From Longimicrobiales bacterium (GTDB taxonomy: Bacteria; Gemmatimonadota; Gemmatimonadetes; Longimicrobiales; Gaopeijiaceae), in NCBI GenBank assembly GCA_965203485.1, contig OZ241892.1, forward strand, positions 1 to 64,000: DNA of 64,000 nucleotides. The letters are read 5' to 3'. The first letter of the stretch is position 1. Each line of letters starts with the position of its first letter. A program made the position numbers and the translations under genes. The notes beneath the pieces are model-generated. The model saw nothing but the letters and a program-made list of their open reading frames with translations. It was not told the DNA's origin and made no database searches. Shown here in pieces: positions 55,498 through 64,000 of the stretch.

Positions 55498-56035
55498 GCG
55501 TCTCCAGGCGGCGCAGCCTCGTCTCTTCGCGCTTGGCGCTGACGATCCACCAAGTCGTCTGCTTGCGGTAGGACGGGCTGGCCGTCCGGAAGTAGCTCCA
55601 GGCCGCGCGATCCGCCTTCAGCCTGCGTTCGTATTCGGGCGGCAACGTTACGTCTTCGTCCGCCTGTTCGTAGGACGCTCGCCGTTCCTTGGCCGGGTTG
55701 CGGCTGCGGTATGCGGCCACGCCGGGCTCCACGACCAGCCCCGCCTTCAAGAGATGCTGGATGCGGTCCAAGTTGCGCGCGCTCCAATGGCTTCCGGGCC
55801 GGCGGGGCGTGAACCGGATCTTGTAGCGCTTCTCGTCGATCGACTTGCGGATTCCGTCGATCCACCCGAAGCACAGCGCCACGTCCACCGACTCGGGCCA
55901 AGTCATGCTGGGCTCGCCGGTCGCCTTCTTGAAGTAGCCCACCCAGAGTTCGGAGCGCTCGTCGTGGCGGCGCTCCAGCCAAGCGCGGAATTCCTTCGGC
56001 CCGCGGAAGAACAGGGCCGCCTGCTGGGCGTCCAC
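55424..56035 (-). CDS. YdeI/OmpD-associated family protein
   Basis: FRAWLERRH..ELWVGYFK...ALCFGWIDG...RFTPRRPGSHWS. Confidence 0.85.
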   Translation of the reverse strand: MDAQQAALFFRGPKEFRAWLERRHDERSELWVGYFKKATGEPSMTWPESVDVALCFGWIDGIRKSIDEKRYKIRFTPRRPGSHWSARNLDRIQHLLKAGLVVEPGVAAYRSRNPAKERRASYEQADEDVTLPPEYERRLKADRAAWSYFRTASPSYRKQTTWWIVSAKREETRLRRLETLIRSSAKQEPVPPMRWAKRQASPP

Positions 56036-56039
56036 GTTC

Positions 56040-57734
56040 TCAGGCCTCGTGGGTCGTTCGGCCGCCGGCAACGGTTCGCAGCACGGGAATGTGCTTGATG
56101 GCTTCCGGGTCCATGTCGCCCGGATCGTCGGCCAGCACGACGAAGTCGGCCAGCTTGCCCGCGGCGATGGAGCCTTTGTCCTGCTCCTCGAACGACGCGT
56201 AGGCGCCGCCCATCGTGCATATGCGCAACGCCTCGTCGACGGAGATGCGCTGGCTGGCGCCCCAGACCCTCCCGTCGAAGTCCTTTCGCGTCACCATGCT
56301 CTGCAGCGCCATCAGCGGTTCGTAGGGACCAGGCGTGTAGTCGGACGCCGGAGCGACGGGTATGCCGTGGTCCAGGAACGAGCGGTGCGCGAACATCCAT
56401 TCCATTTTCTCGGCGCCGTACTCGACCCACTTGTTGCCGTGGTAGTGAACGTAAGTGTAGAAGGGCGTTGGCACGGCGCCCGCCGCCTTGATGCGGCGAA
56501 GCAGCTCCGGATTGACGAGCGAACAGTGCTCGATGCGGTGGCGGACGCCGGGACGCGGCCACGTCTCCTGCACGCGCTCGTAGGCGCCGAGGACCATGTC
56601 GATCGCGACGTCGCCGTTGGCGTGGATGCCCACTTGCCATCCCGAACGGTGGGCGCGCTCGACGACTTCATGGATTTCCTCCTGGCTCATGACGAGGATG
56701 CCGTAGTCGTCGGGACGTCCCACATAGGGCGTGCTCATGCGCATCGTGCGCTCCGAAGCCGAGCCGTCGGCGCTGTACTTGACGCCGCCCACCCGCAGCC
56801 ATTCGTCGCCGAATCCGGTCGAGACGCCGGCCTCGCGGAGACTCTCGTACGGTCCGCGCATCATCATGTAGACCCGGCAACTCAGCTGGCCCGCCGCGTA
56901 CGCGGCCTGGTAGGCGGCCAAGCTTGCGGACGACGTGCCCGCGTCGTGGATCGACGTGAGGCCGGCTTCGGCCATCAGGCGCGTGATCAGCGCGACCCCG
57001 GCCTGCCGGTCCGCGTCCGTGTGCGTGCTGGGAATCAGGGCGCGCAGCACGTAGTTGGCGCGTTCCGCAACCAAGCCCGTCAATTCGCCGGCTTCGCGGT
57101 AGAACCGGCCGCCGGGAGGATCGGGCGTCTCCGCCGTGACCCCGGCCAGCTCGAAGGCGCGCGAGTTGTAGACGCTGGTGTGCCCGCCGCGGTGGCCGAC
57201 CGCCACGGGGTGGCCCGGAACCGCCTCGTCCAGGTCGGGCCGGCTCAGCGGGCGCCCCTCGGCCAGCTTCGTGTCGTCGTACTTGAAGCCGACGACCCAT
57301 TCGCCGGGCGGAGTCTCGCTGGCGCGCGTCGCAAGCCTGTTCTTGATCTCGGCGATGCTGCGCGCGTCCACGTTGACGTCCTTGAGTTCGCGAACGCCGG
57401 CGCCTGCCGGATGACTGTGCGCATCGACGAAGCCGGGGACGATCACGGCGTCGCCGTAGTCCATCACCGCTGTGCCGGGCCCGCGCAGATTGTCGACCTC
57501 GCGCCTGGCGCCAACGGCCAGAAAGCGTCCGTCCTTGACCGCGAACGACTCGGCCACAGGACTGTCGTCGTCCATGGTGCGGACGCGCAACCCGTGCACG
57601 ACGAGGTCCGGCGCCGTCGAGGCCGTTCCGCCGCCCAGGGTCGCGTCGCAACCGCCGGCGAGTCCGGCGCCCGCCACCCCTGCCGCGGCGGTCAGGAACT
57701 GGCCGCGCGTCACTGCGTCTCCGCTCGTTCTCAT
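56040..57734 (-). CDS. Amidohydrolase 3 family protein with Tat-like lipoprotein signal
   Basis: TRGQFL...LAGGC; PGFVDAHSH, KYSADGS, HANGD, RIEH, ASD, GKLADFVVL. Confidence 0.88.
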   Translation of the reverse strand: MRTSGDAVTRGQFLTAAAGVAGAGLAGGCDATLGGGTASTAPDLVVHGLRVRTMDDDSPVAESFAVKDGRFLAVGARREVDNLRGPGTAVMDYGDAVIVPGFVDAHSHPAGAGVRELKDVNVDARSIAEIKNRLATRASETPPGEWVVGFKYDDTKLAEGRPLSRPDLDEAVPGHPVAVGHRGGHTSVYNSRAFELAGVTAETPDPPGGRFYREAGELTGLVAERANYVLRALIPSTHTDADRQAGVALITRLMAEAGLTSIHDAGTSSASLAAYQAAYAAGQLSCRVYMMMRGPYESLREAGVSTGFGDEWLRVGGVKYSADGSASERTMRMSTPYVGRPDDYGILVMSQEEIHEVVERAHRSGWQVGIHANGDVAIDMVLGAYERVQETWPRPGVRHRIEHCSLVNPELLRRIKAAGAVPTPFYTYVHYHGNKWVEYGAEKMEWMFAHRSFLDHGIPVAPASDYTPGPYEPLMALQSMVTRKDFDGRVWGASQRISVDEALRICTMGGAYASFEEQDKGSIAAGKLADFVVLADDPGDMDPEAIKHIPVLRTVAGGRTTHEA

Positions 57735-57769
57735 TGCTTTTCTCCTTGTCGACGGAGATCAACCTACGC

Positions 57770-58261
57770 AAGCGGGATCGAGTACGCAGGCCTCCGGTCG
57801 ATTTCCGAAGCCTTGGTCCTTCGGGCGGAAGGAGCATACGTTCAGAAGGGGGCCTCTTCGGATCTTCGGATGACGCAACACTCGAGCTTGACTACGCCGA
57901 GTTCTCGGCCCTCTTGAAGACCGGCACGAGCGGTACGCCGTCGATTCACGTGTTCGGCGGACCCGCCGTCGGAATCAACACGAGTTGCCGGATAAGCGCA
58001 CACGTGATTGCCGACATCGTGGATCGCCTGTTTGGGTCCAGCGGCATCGAAGAGGGGCCGTGCGACGCGCCGAGCGAAGAGATCGTTGTCGAGACGTTCG
58101 ACTTCGGAGCCAAGGTCGGAATGGAGTTCGCCATGCGTGCCGGCGAATCAACCAGGCTTTCGTTGGAGCTGGCGTACGCGCTGGGGCTCGCCGACCTGGG
58201 CGGGGGCGCCAAGAATCGAACGTTCCTGATCCAAGCCGGGGCGGCCATACCGGTAGGCTGA
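57770..58261 (+). pseudogene. 5'-truncated, frameshifted PorT-like outer-membrane beta-barrel gene
   Basis: LRAEGAYVQKGA in one frame and LELDYAEF...GGPAVG...YALGL...NRTF in another; an 8-bp tandem duplication (tcttcgga)2 at 57855-57870 explains the shift; no signal peptide. Confidence 0.7.
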
Positions 58262-58352
58262 CCCGGCGAGCGACGGTCTGCCGGGCCAAGCGAGCAAGCC
58301 GGCGAAACGGCGGCGGGCGGGGGCGACGAGAGAGCGGACGAACTCGGGCGAG

Positions 58353-59849
58353 TCACCCAACCCCGGCCTTGAAGGCGGTCCCAGCGCGCCGCCGCGCCGC
58401 CGCAACTTCGGCCGCCGCTCCCTCCGGCGGCCGGGTCGCCAAGCTCGCTGCGACGGTGACCAGCAACCCCACCGCGCATCCGGGAATCATCTCGTAGAGG
58501 TCGTAGACGCGGCTCTTGAACGCGGTGGCCCAAACCATCGCGGCCGCAAAGCCGGCGATCATGCCGCACACGGCGCCGGCCCGCGTCGTGCGCGCCCAGA
58601 ACAGCGAGCAGAGCACCACAGGCGTAAACGCCGAAGCCAGTCCGGCCCAGGCGAAGAGCACGAACCAGAAGATCGTCCGGCTCTCGGACAGCGCGGTCCA
58701 GAGCGCCGCCGCGCCGATCGCCGCCGTGAGCAGGCGCCCGGCCCAGGACAGCCAGCGGTCCGAGAGGCCGGGCATGAGCACCTTCTGCAACAAGTCGCGC
58801 ACGACCGCCGACGAGGCCAGGATGAGCAGCGAGTCCACCGTCGACATGATGGCCGCGAGGACCACGACGAGGAACACGCCGGCCACGATTGCCGGAAACA
58901 GCTCGGCGGCCATGACGGGCAGCACCGTCTCGCTGTCGGCCAGCCCAGGGAACAGGACGCGCCCAGCGGCGCCCGCCAGCACCGCGCCCATGTCGAACAC
59001 GATCATGCAGATCACGGCGATCACGCCGCCGCCCGCCATCTCGCTCCGGCCGCGTGCGGCCACGAACCGGGTCAGCAGCTGCGGTGCGCCCAGGAACGCC
59101 AGCCCGATCCCCGCCAGGCTGAGCGCGCTGACGACGCCCGCCGCGGTCAGGCCGTGCGATCCCATCGGCAGCAGGAGCGCCGGGTCCGCCGCCCGCAGCC
59201 CGTCCACCAGGGCGCCCCAGCCGCCCACGTGCCAGATCGCCGCGACCGGCAGCACGAGCAGGCACAGGAACATCAGCACCCCCTGCACGAAGTCGCTGTA
59301 CGCGACCGCCTTGAAGCCGCCGATGCTCGTGTACAGCAGGACGATCGCGGCGCCCGCGACGACGCCTCCTTCGTAGCTCGTCCCCAGGAACGACGAGAAC
59401 GCCTTGCCCGAAGCGGTGAGTTGCGCGGCGGCGTACGCCAGGACCATCGCGAAGACGATTGCCGCGCTCACGATTCGAAGCACGTGCGCCGAGTCCCTGA
59501 ACCGCACGGCCAAGTAGTCCGGCACCGTGATCGCGTCGTAGCGGTCGGTGAGCTCCTTGAACGGCCGGGCGACGACCGTCCAGGCCAGGGCCACGCCGAG
59601 CACCTCGCCCAGCACTACCCAGAGCGCGTGAAAGCCGATCAGCCACCCCATCCCCGTGAGGCCCAGCAACAGCCATCCGCTCTCGCCCGTCGCGTTGGCC
59701 GAGAACGCGATCACCCACGACGGCAGCTTCTTGCCCGCGACGTAGAAGCCGGCCAAGGAGCGGCTCTCGCGCCGCGCCCACCAGGCGATCCCGGCCAGGA
59801 CCGCCAAGTAGGCGGCCACGACGGCGATCACGGCTCCCGATTCAGGCAC
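58353..59849 (-). CDS. putP: Sodium:proline-like symporter (SSS family)
   Basis: FYVAGKKL, SANATGESGWLLLGLTG, YTSIGGFKAVAYSDFVQG, AAIMSTVDSLL. Confidence 0.85.
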   Translation of the reverse strand: MPESGAVIAVVAAYLAVLAGIAWWARRESRSLAGFYVAGKKLPSWVIAFSANATGESGWLLLGLTGMGWLIGFHALWVVLGEVLGVALAWTVVARPFKELTDRYDAITVPDYLAVRFRDSAHVLRIVSAAIVFAMVLAYAAAQLTASGKAFSSFLGTSYEGGVVAGAAIVLLYTSIGGFKAVAYSDFVQGVLMFLCLLVLPVAAIWHVGGWGALVDGLRAADPALLLPMGSHGLTAAGVVSALSLAGIGLAFLGAPQLLTRFVAARGRSEMAGGGVIAVICMIVFDMGAVLAGAAGRVLFPGLADSETVLPVMAAELFPAIVAGVFLVVVLAAIMSTVDSLLILASSAVVRDLLQKVLMPGLSDRWLSWAGRLLTAAIGAAALWTALSESRTIFWFVLFAWAGLASAFTPVVLCSLFWARTTRAGAVCGMIAGFAAAMVWATAFKSRVYDLYEMIPGCAVGLLVTVAASLATRPPEGAAAEVAAARRRAGTAFKAGVG

Positions 59850-60015
59850 GGCGGCCCGGCGAGTCGGAGGCGTCCGAGTTGCCCGAAGCGCCGCCTTCGC
59901 CCCCCTCCGCACCCTCGCGGCGGTGCGCCCGAAACGAGATCAGCACGACGGCGAGCCCGGGCGCCGTGGCCGCGACCATCAGAGCCCAGGTCGCGGCCGG
60001 GAGCCCGGCGATCAT
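59842..60015 (-). CDS. Small single-TM protein coupled to the symporter
   Basis: MIAGLPAATWALMVAATAPGLAVVLISFRAHRR...; its stop overlaps the symporter start. Confidence 0.55.
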   Translation of the reverse strand: MIAGLPAATWALMVAATAPGLAVVLISFRAHRREGAEGGEGGASGNSDASDSPGRRA

Positions 60016-60434
60016 CGGCGCCGCGCCGTGCCGTGCCCGGCAGGCTGGCGAGATGCGGGCGAGGGCTTCGGCGGCCTGGTCGTCGTCGTGCGGTGCAACA
60101 GGTCGGATCGACGGGCGGGGCCAGGGCTCGATGGCGGGGCGGGTGCGCGCATGTGCTGGCGTGAGTGTCGAAGTTCCCCGGGTCGGCGACGCCGAAATGC
60201 CGCTTGCGTGGTCAAGAGATAGCATCTCCTCGGGGTGCACGCCACCCGGGCCGTGCGGCCGCAGGGCATGGTCCGGCGCACTGGGTTGGCGCGCAAAGAC
60301 CGTGCTGGCCAGCCTCGTGATCGGTTCCCCTGTCGGCGCGCCACGGACGATGCCCTTGCCGTCGTTCAGCGCCGCGCTTCCATTGAGATTGTGGCCCGCC
60401 AGTTCCTCAGTTCCTCGCTCAGCCCGGCCGTCCC

Positions 60435-63400
60435 ATGCGCCCTGTCCTCGCCGTCCTTTCCGCCACAGTGCTCTCCACCAGCCCCGCGCCTGCGCCGCCG
60501 CTGGCCGCTCAGCAGGACATTGCGGTCGAGCGCATCAGGCGCGCCGCCGCCGGACTTCGTCTGCGCGAGTTGGGCCCGGCGCTGATGGGGGGCCGCATCG
60601 CCGACATCGCCGTTCATCCGTCGGACCCGGCCACGTGGTACGTCGCGGTCGGATCGGGAGGCGTCTGGAAGACCACGAACGCGGGCACGACCTGGACGCC
60701 GCTCTTCGACGGCCAGCCGTCCTATTCGATCGGGGCCGTGGCGATAGATCCGTCGAGCCCGAACATCGTTTGGGTGGGGACCGGGGAGAACGTGAGCGGC
60801 AGGCACGTGGGGTGGGGAGACGGCGTGTACCGGAGCCTGGACGGCGGCCGCGCATGGGAGCGAATGGGGTTGGCCGGCTCCGAGCACATTGGCAAGATTC
60901 TCGTCGACCCGCGGGACGGCGCCACGGTGTTCGTGGCGGCGGAAGGACCTCTGTGGTCGGCGGGCGGCGAGCGCGGGTTGTACAAGACGACGGACGGCGG
61001 CGCGAGCTGGCGGGCCGTGCTTCAGGTGGACGAAGGCACGGGCGTGACGGACGTCGAGTTCGATCCGAAGAATCCGGACGTCTTGTACGCGGCCACCTAC
61101 GAACGCAGGCGCAGCGTGTGGGCGTTGTTGGCCGGGGGGCCGGGATCCGGCATTCACAAGTCGGTGGACGGCGGCGAGACGTGGCGGGAAGCGACCGCCG
61201 GCTTGCCCAGCGGAGACATGGGCAAGATCGGCTTGGACGTCTCGGAGGCGAACCCGGACGTCTTGTACGCTACGATCGAGGCCGGCCCGGACGAGCGCGG
61301 GTTCTATCGCTCCGTGGACCGAGGCGAGAGCTGGGAGCGCCGCAATTCCTACATCTCGGGCGGCACCGGCCCGCACTACTACCAAGAGATCGAGGCGTCG
61401 CCGCACGACGTGGACGTCGTCTATCAGATGGACGTGTTCGTGCACGTCACTCGCGACGGCGGCGCCACCTTCGCCGAACTCGGCACGGGCCGGGAGAAGC
61501 ACAGTGACAATCATGCGTTCTGGATCGATCCGAAGAACCCGCGGCACATCCTGGCGGGCACCGACGCGGGCCTCTACGAGACCTTCGACGAGGGCACGAC
61601 CTGGCGTCACTTCCCCAACCTGCCGATCTCGCAGTTCTACAAGCTGGCGCTCGACGACGCGGAGCCGTTCTACAACATCCTGGGCGGGGCGCAGGACCTC
61701 GGCACGCTGCTCGGACCGTCGCGCACGCTCAACGTCGAGGGCGTGCGCAACCGCGACTGGAGCGTGCCCCTGGGCGCCGACGGCTATGCCTCCGCATTCG
61801 ATCCGTTCGACCCGAACATCGCGTACATACAGTCGCAACAGGGCAATCTTCAACGCCTCGACCTGCGCACGATGGAGCTGATCGGCATCCGGCCGTTGCC
61901 CGCGCCGGGCGATCCGCCGGAACGATGGAACTGGGACTCGCCCGTAATCGCGAGCCCGCACGCCGCCGGCCGCATCTACTATGCGTCGCAGCGTTTGTGG
62001 CGAAGCGACGACCACGGCAATTCCTGGCGCGCCGCCAGCGGCGACCTGACCCGCAACCTCAACCGCTACGAGCTCGAGATGGCCGGGCGCGTGCGCAGCG
62101 TGGACGCGCTCTACGGCAACACTGCCATGTCGTGGTATTCGACGATCACGACGATCTCGGAGTCGCCGGTGGCCGAAGGTGTCTTGTACGCGGGCACCGA
62201 CGACGGTCTGATCCAGGTCAGCCAGGACGGAGGCGCAACTTGGAGGACCGCGGCGCCGTTGCCGGGAGTGCCGGAGCGCGCGTTCATGAACGACGTGAAG
62301 GCTTCGCAGTTCGACGCGGGCGCCGTTTTCGTCGCGGCGGACGCGCACAAGGAGGGCGACTACCGGCCTCTCCTGTTCGGGAGCGCCGACTTCGGACGCA
62401 GTTGGCAGGAGATCGGGAGCGGCTTGCCCGGCGGCGCAGTCGTTTGGTCCGTGGAGCAGGACCACGTGAACGCCGACCTGCTGTTCGCGGGCACCGAGTT
62501 CGGCGTTCAGTTCACTCCCAACGGCGGCGCCGACTGGATCGCGCTGGACGCCGGCGTCCCCACGATCGCGTTCAGGGACCTGGAGATTCAGCGCCGCGAC
62601 GACGACCTGGTGGGCGCGACGTTCGGGCGCGGCTTCTACGTGCTGGACGACTATGCGCCGTTGCGCGCCATGGCGGCCGGAGCGCTGGGCGACGAGGCCA
62701 TGGCCGACTGGGCGGCGGGCGGAGAAGGAGCCGCGGCGCCGCGGCCGGCGAACGAGACGGGCGAGGCCGCAAGTCCGTCCGCCGTCGGCAGCGGCGTTCT
62801 GCTGCCTGTGCGCGACGCGTGGTGGTACGTCCCCAACGTGCCGATGCAGGCCCGGGGCCGGCCGACTCTGGGCTCCACCGCCTACGTGGCCCCCAATCCG
62901 GACTTCGGCGCCGTGTTCACGTACTACGTCCAGGCGGCGCCCGAGACGCGGCGCGACCAACGCCTCCGCGCCGAATCCGAGCTCCGGGAGCGGGGCGAAG
63001 ACGTGCCCTTCCCTGGCTACGAGCGCTTGGCCGCGGAGGCGGGCGAACGCGACGCCCGCGTCGTGCTCTTGGTTCGCGACTCGGCCGGCAACCCGGTGAG
63101 CCGCATCGCCGCGCCGGCCTCCGAGGGCCTGCACCGCGCCAGCTGGGACTTGCGCCGTCCGCCCCCCGACCCCGTGGACCTGTCTCCGCCCGGCTTCACG
63201 CCCCCGTGGGCCGGAGTGCGCCGCGGGGCCCTGGCGCCGCCCGGCAACTACACCGTGGAAATGGCGTTTGCGGACGCTGCCGGCCTGCACCCGCTGGGCG
63301 GCCCCCGGCCCTTCGTCGTCAAGCCCGTGCCCGTCGCGCACGCCAATGCGGACTTCCCGGCCGCGACGGCCTTCCAGGAAGAGACCAGCGAGGTGTTGCG

Positions 63401-63818
63401 CAGAGCCCGCGCCGCATCCGCCGAGATTGCCCGCGCCCGCGACCGCCTGCGCCACATGCGGGCCGCCCTCGACGACACGCCGGCGGCGAGCCCCGCCCTC
63501 TACCGCCGTCTGGAAGAGATTGCGGCTCGCGCCACCTCCCTTGCCGCGGAGTTGCAGGGCGACCCCGTTCGCCGCCGCCTGAACGAGCCCTCCGAGCCCT
63601 CGATCGCCGGGCGCGCCGGCCAGATCGCAGGCGGCCACTGGAACACCCGCCAAGCTCCGACCCGGACCCAGCGCGCCAGCCTCCGCATTGCGGAAGCGCA
63701 ACTGGCCGAGGCGACCGCGGCCATCGCCACGCTCCTCGACGAAGACCTGGCCCGGCTGGAGCAGGACATGGAAGCCGCAGGCGCCCCCTGGACGCCCGGG
63801 CGAAGACTGGGGCGGTGA
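60435..63818 (+). CDS. Secreted VPS10/sortilin-like BNR-repeat beta-propeller (second copy)
   Basis: Signal peptide, GPALMGGRIADI, many Asp-boxes, C-terminal helical extension. Confidence 0.9.
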   Translation: MRPVLAVLSATVLSTSPAPAPPLAAQQDIAVERIRRAAAGLRLRELGPALMGGRIADIAVHPSDPATWYVAVGSGGVWKTTNAGTTWTPLFDGQPSYSIGAVAIDPSSPNIVWVGTGENVSGRHVGWGDGVYRSLDGGRAWERMGLAGSEHIGKILVDPRDGATVFVAAEGPLWSAGGERGLYKTTDGGASWRAVLQVDEGTGVTDVEFDPKNPDVLYAATYERRRSVWALLAGGPGSGIHKSVDGGETWREATAGLPSGDMGKIGLDVSEANPDVLYATIEAGPDERGFYRSVDRGESWERRNSYISGGTGPHYYQEIEASPHDVDVVYQMDVFVHVTRDGGATFAELGTGREKHSDNHAFWIDPKNPRHILAGTDAGLYETFDEGTTWRHFPNLPISQFYKLALDDAEPFYNILGGAQDLGTLLGPSRTLNVEGVRNRDWSVPLGADGYASAFDPFDPNIAYIQSQQGNLQRLDLRTMELIGIRPLPAPGDPPERWNWDSPVIASPHAAGRIYYASQRLWRSDDHGNSWRAASGDLTRNLNRYELEMAGRVRSVDALYGNTAMSWYSTITTISESPVAEGVLYAGTDDGLIQVSQDGGATWRTAAPLPGVPERAFMNDVKASQFDAGAVFVAADAHKEGDYRPLLFGSADFGRSWQEIGSGLPGGAVVWSVEQDHVNADLLFAGTEFGVQFTPNGGADWIALDAGVPTIAFRDLEIQRRDDDLVGATFGRGFYVLDDYAPLRAMAAGALGDEAMADWAAGGEGAAAPRPANETGEAASPSAVGSGVLLPVRDAWWYVPNVPMQARGRPTLGSTAYVAPNPDFGAVFTYYVQAAPETRRDQRLRAESELRERGEDVPFPGYERLAAEAGERDARVVLLVRDSAGNPVSRIAAPASEGLHRASWDLRRPPPDPVDLSPPGFTPPWAGVRRGALAPPGNYTVEMAFADAAGLHPLGGPRPFVVKPVPVAHANADFPAATAFQEETSEVLRRARAASAEIARARDRLRHMRAALDDTPAASPALYRRLEEIAARATSLAAELQGDPVRRRLNEPSEPSIAGRAGQIAGGHWNTRQAPTRTQRASLRIAEAQLAEATAAIATLLDEDLARLEQDMEAAGAPWTPGRRLGR

Positions 63819-63823
63819 CGTTT

Positions 63824-63865
63824 GCGGGCGCCGCCGCCGGGCGAAAGAACCCGGCCGGCGCCCGC
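63824..63865 (+). terminator. GC-rich hairpin after the VPS10-like gene
   Basis: Outer stem gcgggcgccg / cggcgcccgc and inner stem ccggg / cccgg; no U-tract. Confidence 0.45.
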
Positions 63866-64000
63866 CTCCGCCCTCGCAGGCCGCGCCGCCGCGCCGATCG
63901 CGAACGCCGCGAAATGCGCCCGCGCCTACGAAGGCGGCCGGCGCCGCGAAGCCGGCTGTCCCCCCGGCACGCCCGGCTCGGTCATGCTCCGCACGTCGAG

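Noticed and set aside
60016..60434. Riboswitch upstream of the symporter
   Set aside because: No recognisable consensus (cobalamin, glycine, TPP, SAM) by eye; an Infernal/Rfam search would be needed.
1..64000. tRNA, rRNA, prophage or integrase genes
   Set aside because: None recognised on either strand by eye.

Overview
A very GC-rich bacterial chromosomal window. Its gene content (SusC/SusD pairs, VPS10/BNR propeller proteins, tandem sigma-70 genes beside rsgA) suggests Gemmatimonadota; this is inference. Most of it is ordinary envelope, metabolic and repair genes: two SusC/SusD-like uptake loci, M28 and M20 peptidases, two VPS10-type propellers, patatin, acyl-CoA dehydrogenase, heme A synthase, trpE, an oxoprolinase/hydantoinase A subunit, DUF2723, rsgA, an HD dNTPase-like protein, a Cho/UvrC-like nuclease, an amidohydrolase and a Na+/solute symporter. 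An accessory region at about 7.4-17.5 kb is the most interesting part. It holds (i) a co-oriented module of ECF sigma, AraC regulator, secreted beta-propeller, small six-cysteine secreted peptide (bracketed by inverted repeats and apparently frameshifted) and a DsbA-propeller fusion; (ii) an IS1182-like element; and (iii) two paralogous DnaQ-like exonucleases flanking a lower-GC DUF4062 gene split by an IS5/IS427-type element. Other notable items are a single-ORF SbcD-SbcC-like fusion with degenerate catalytic motifs, homopolymer tracts in the 5' ends of both susC genes, and a PorT-like pseudogene broken by an 8-bp duplication. I saw no tRNA, rRNA or CRISPR array. All product calls come from motif recognition by eye, not database searches.
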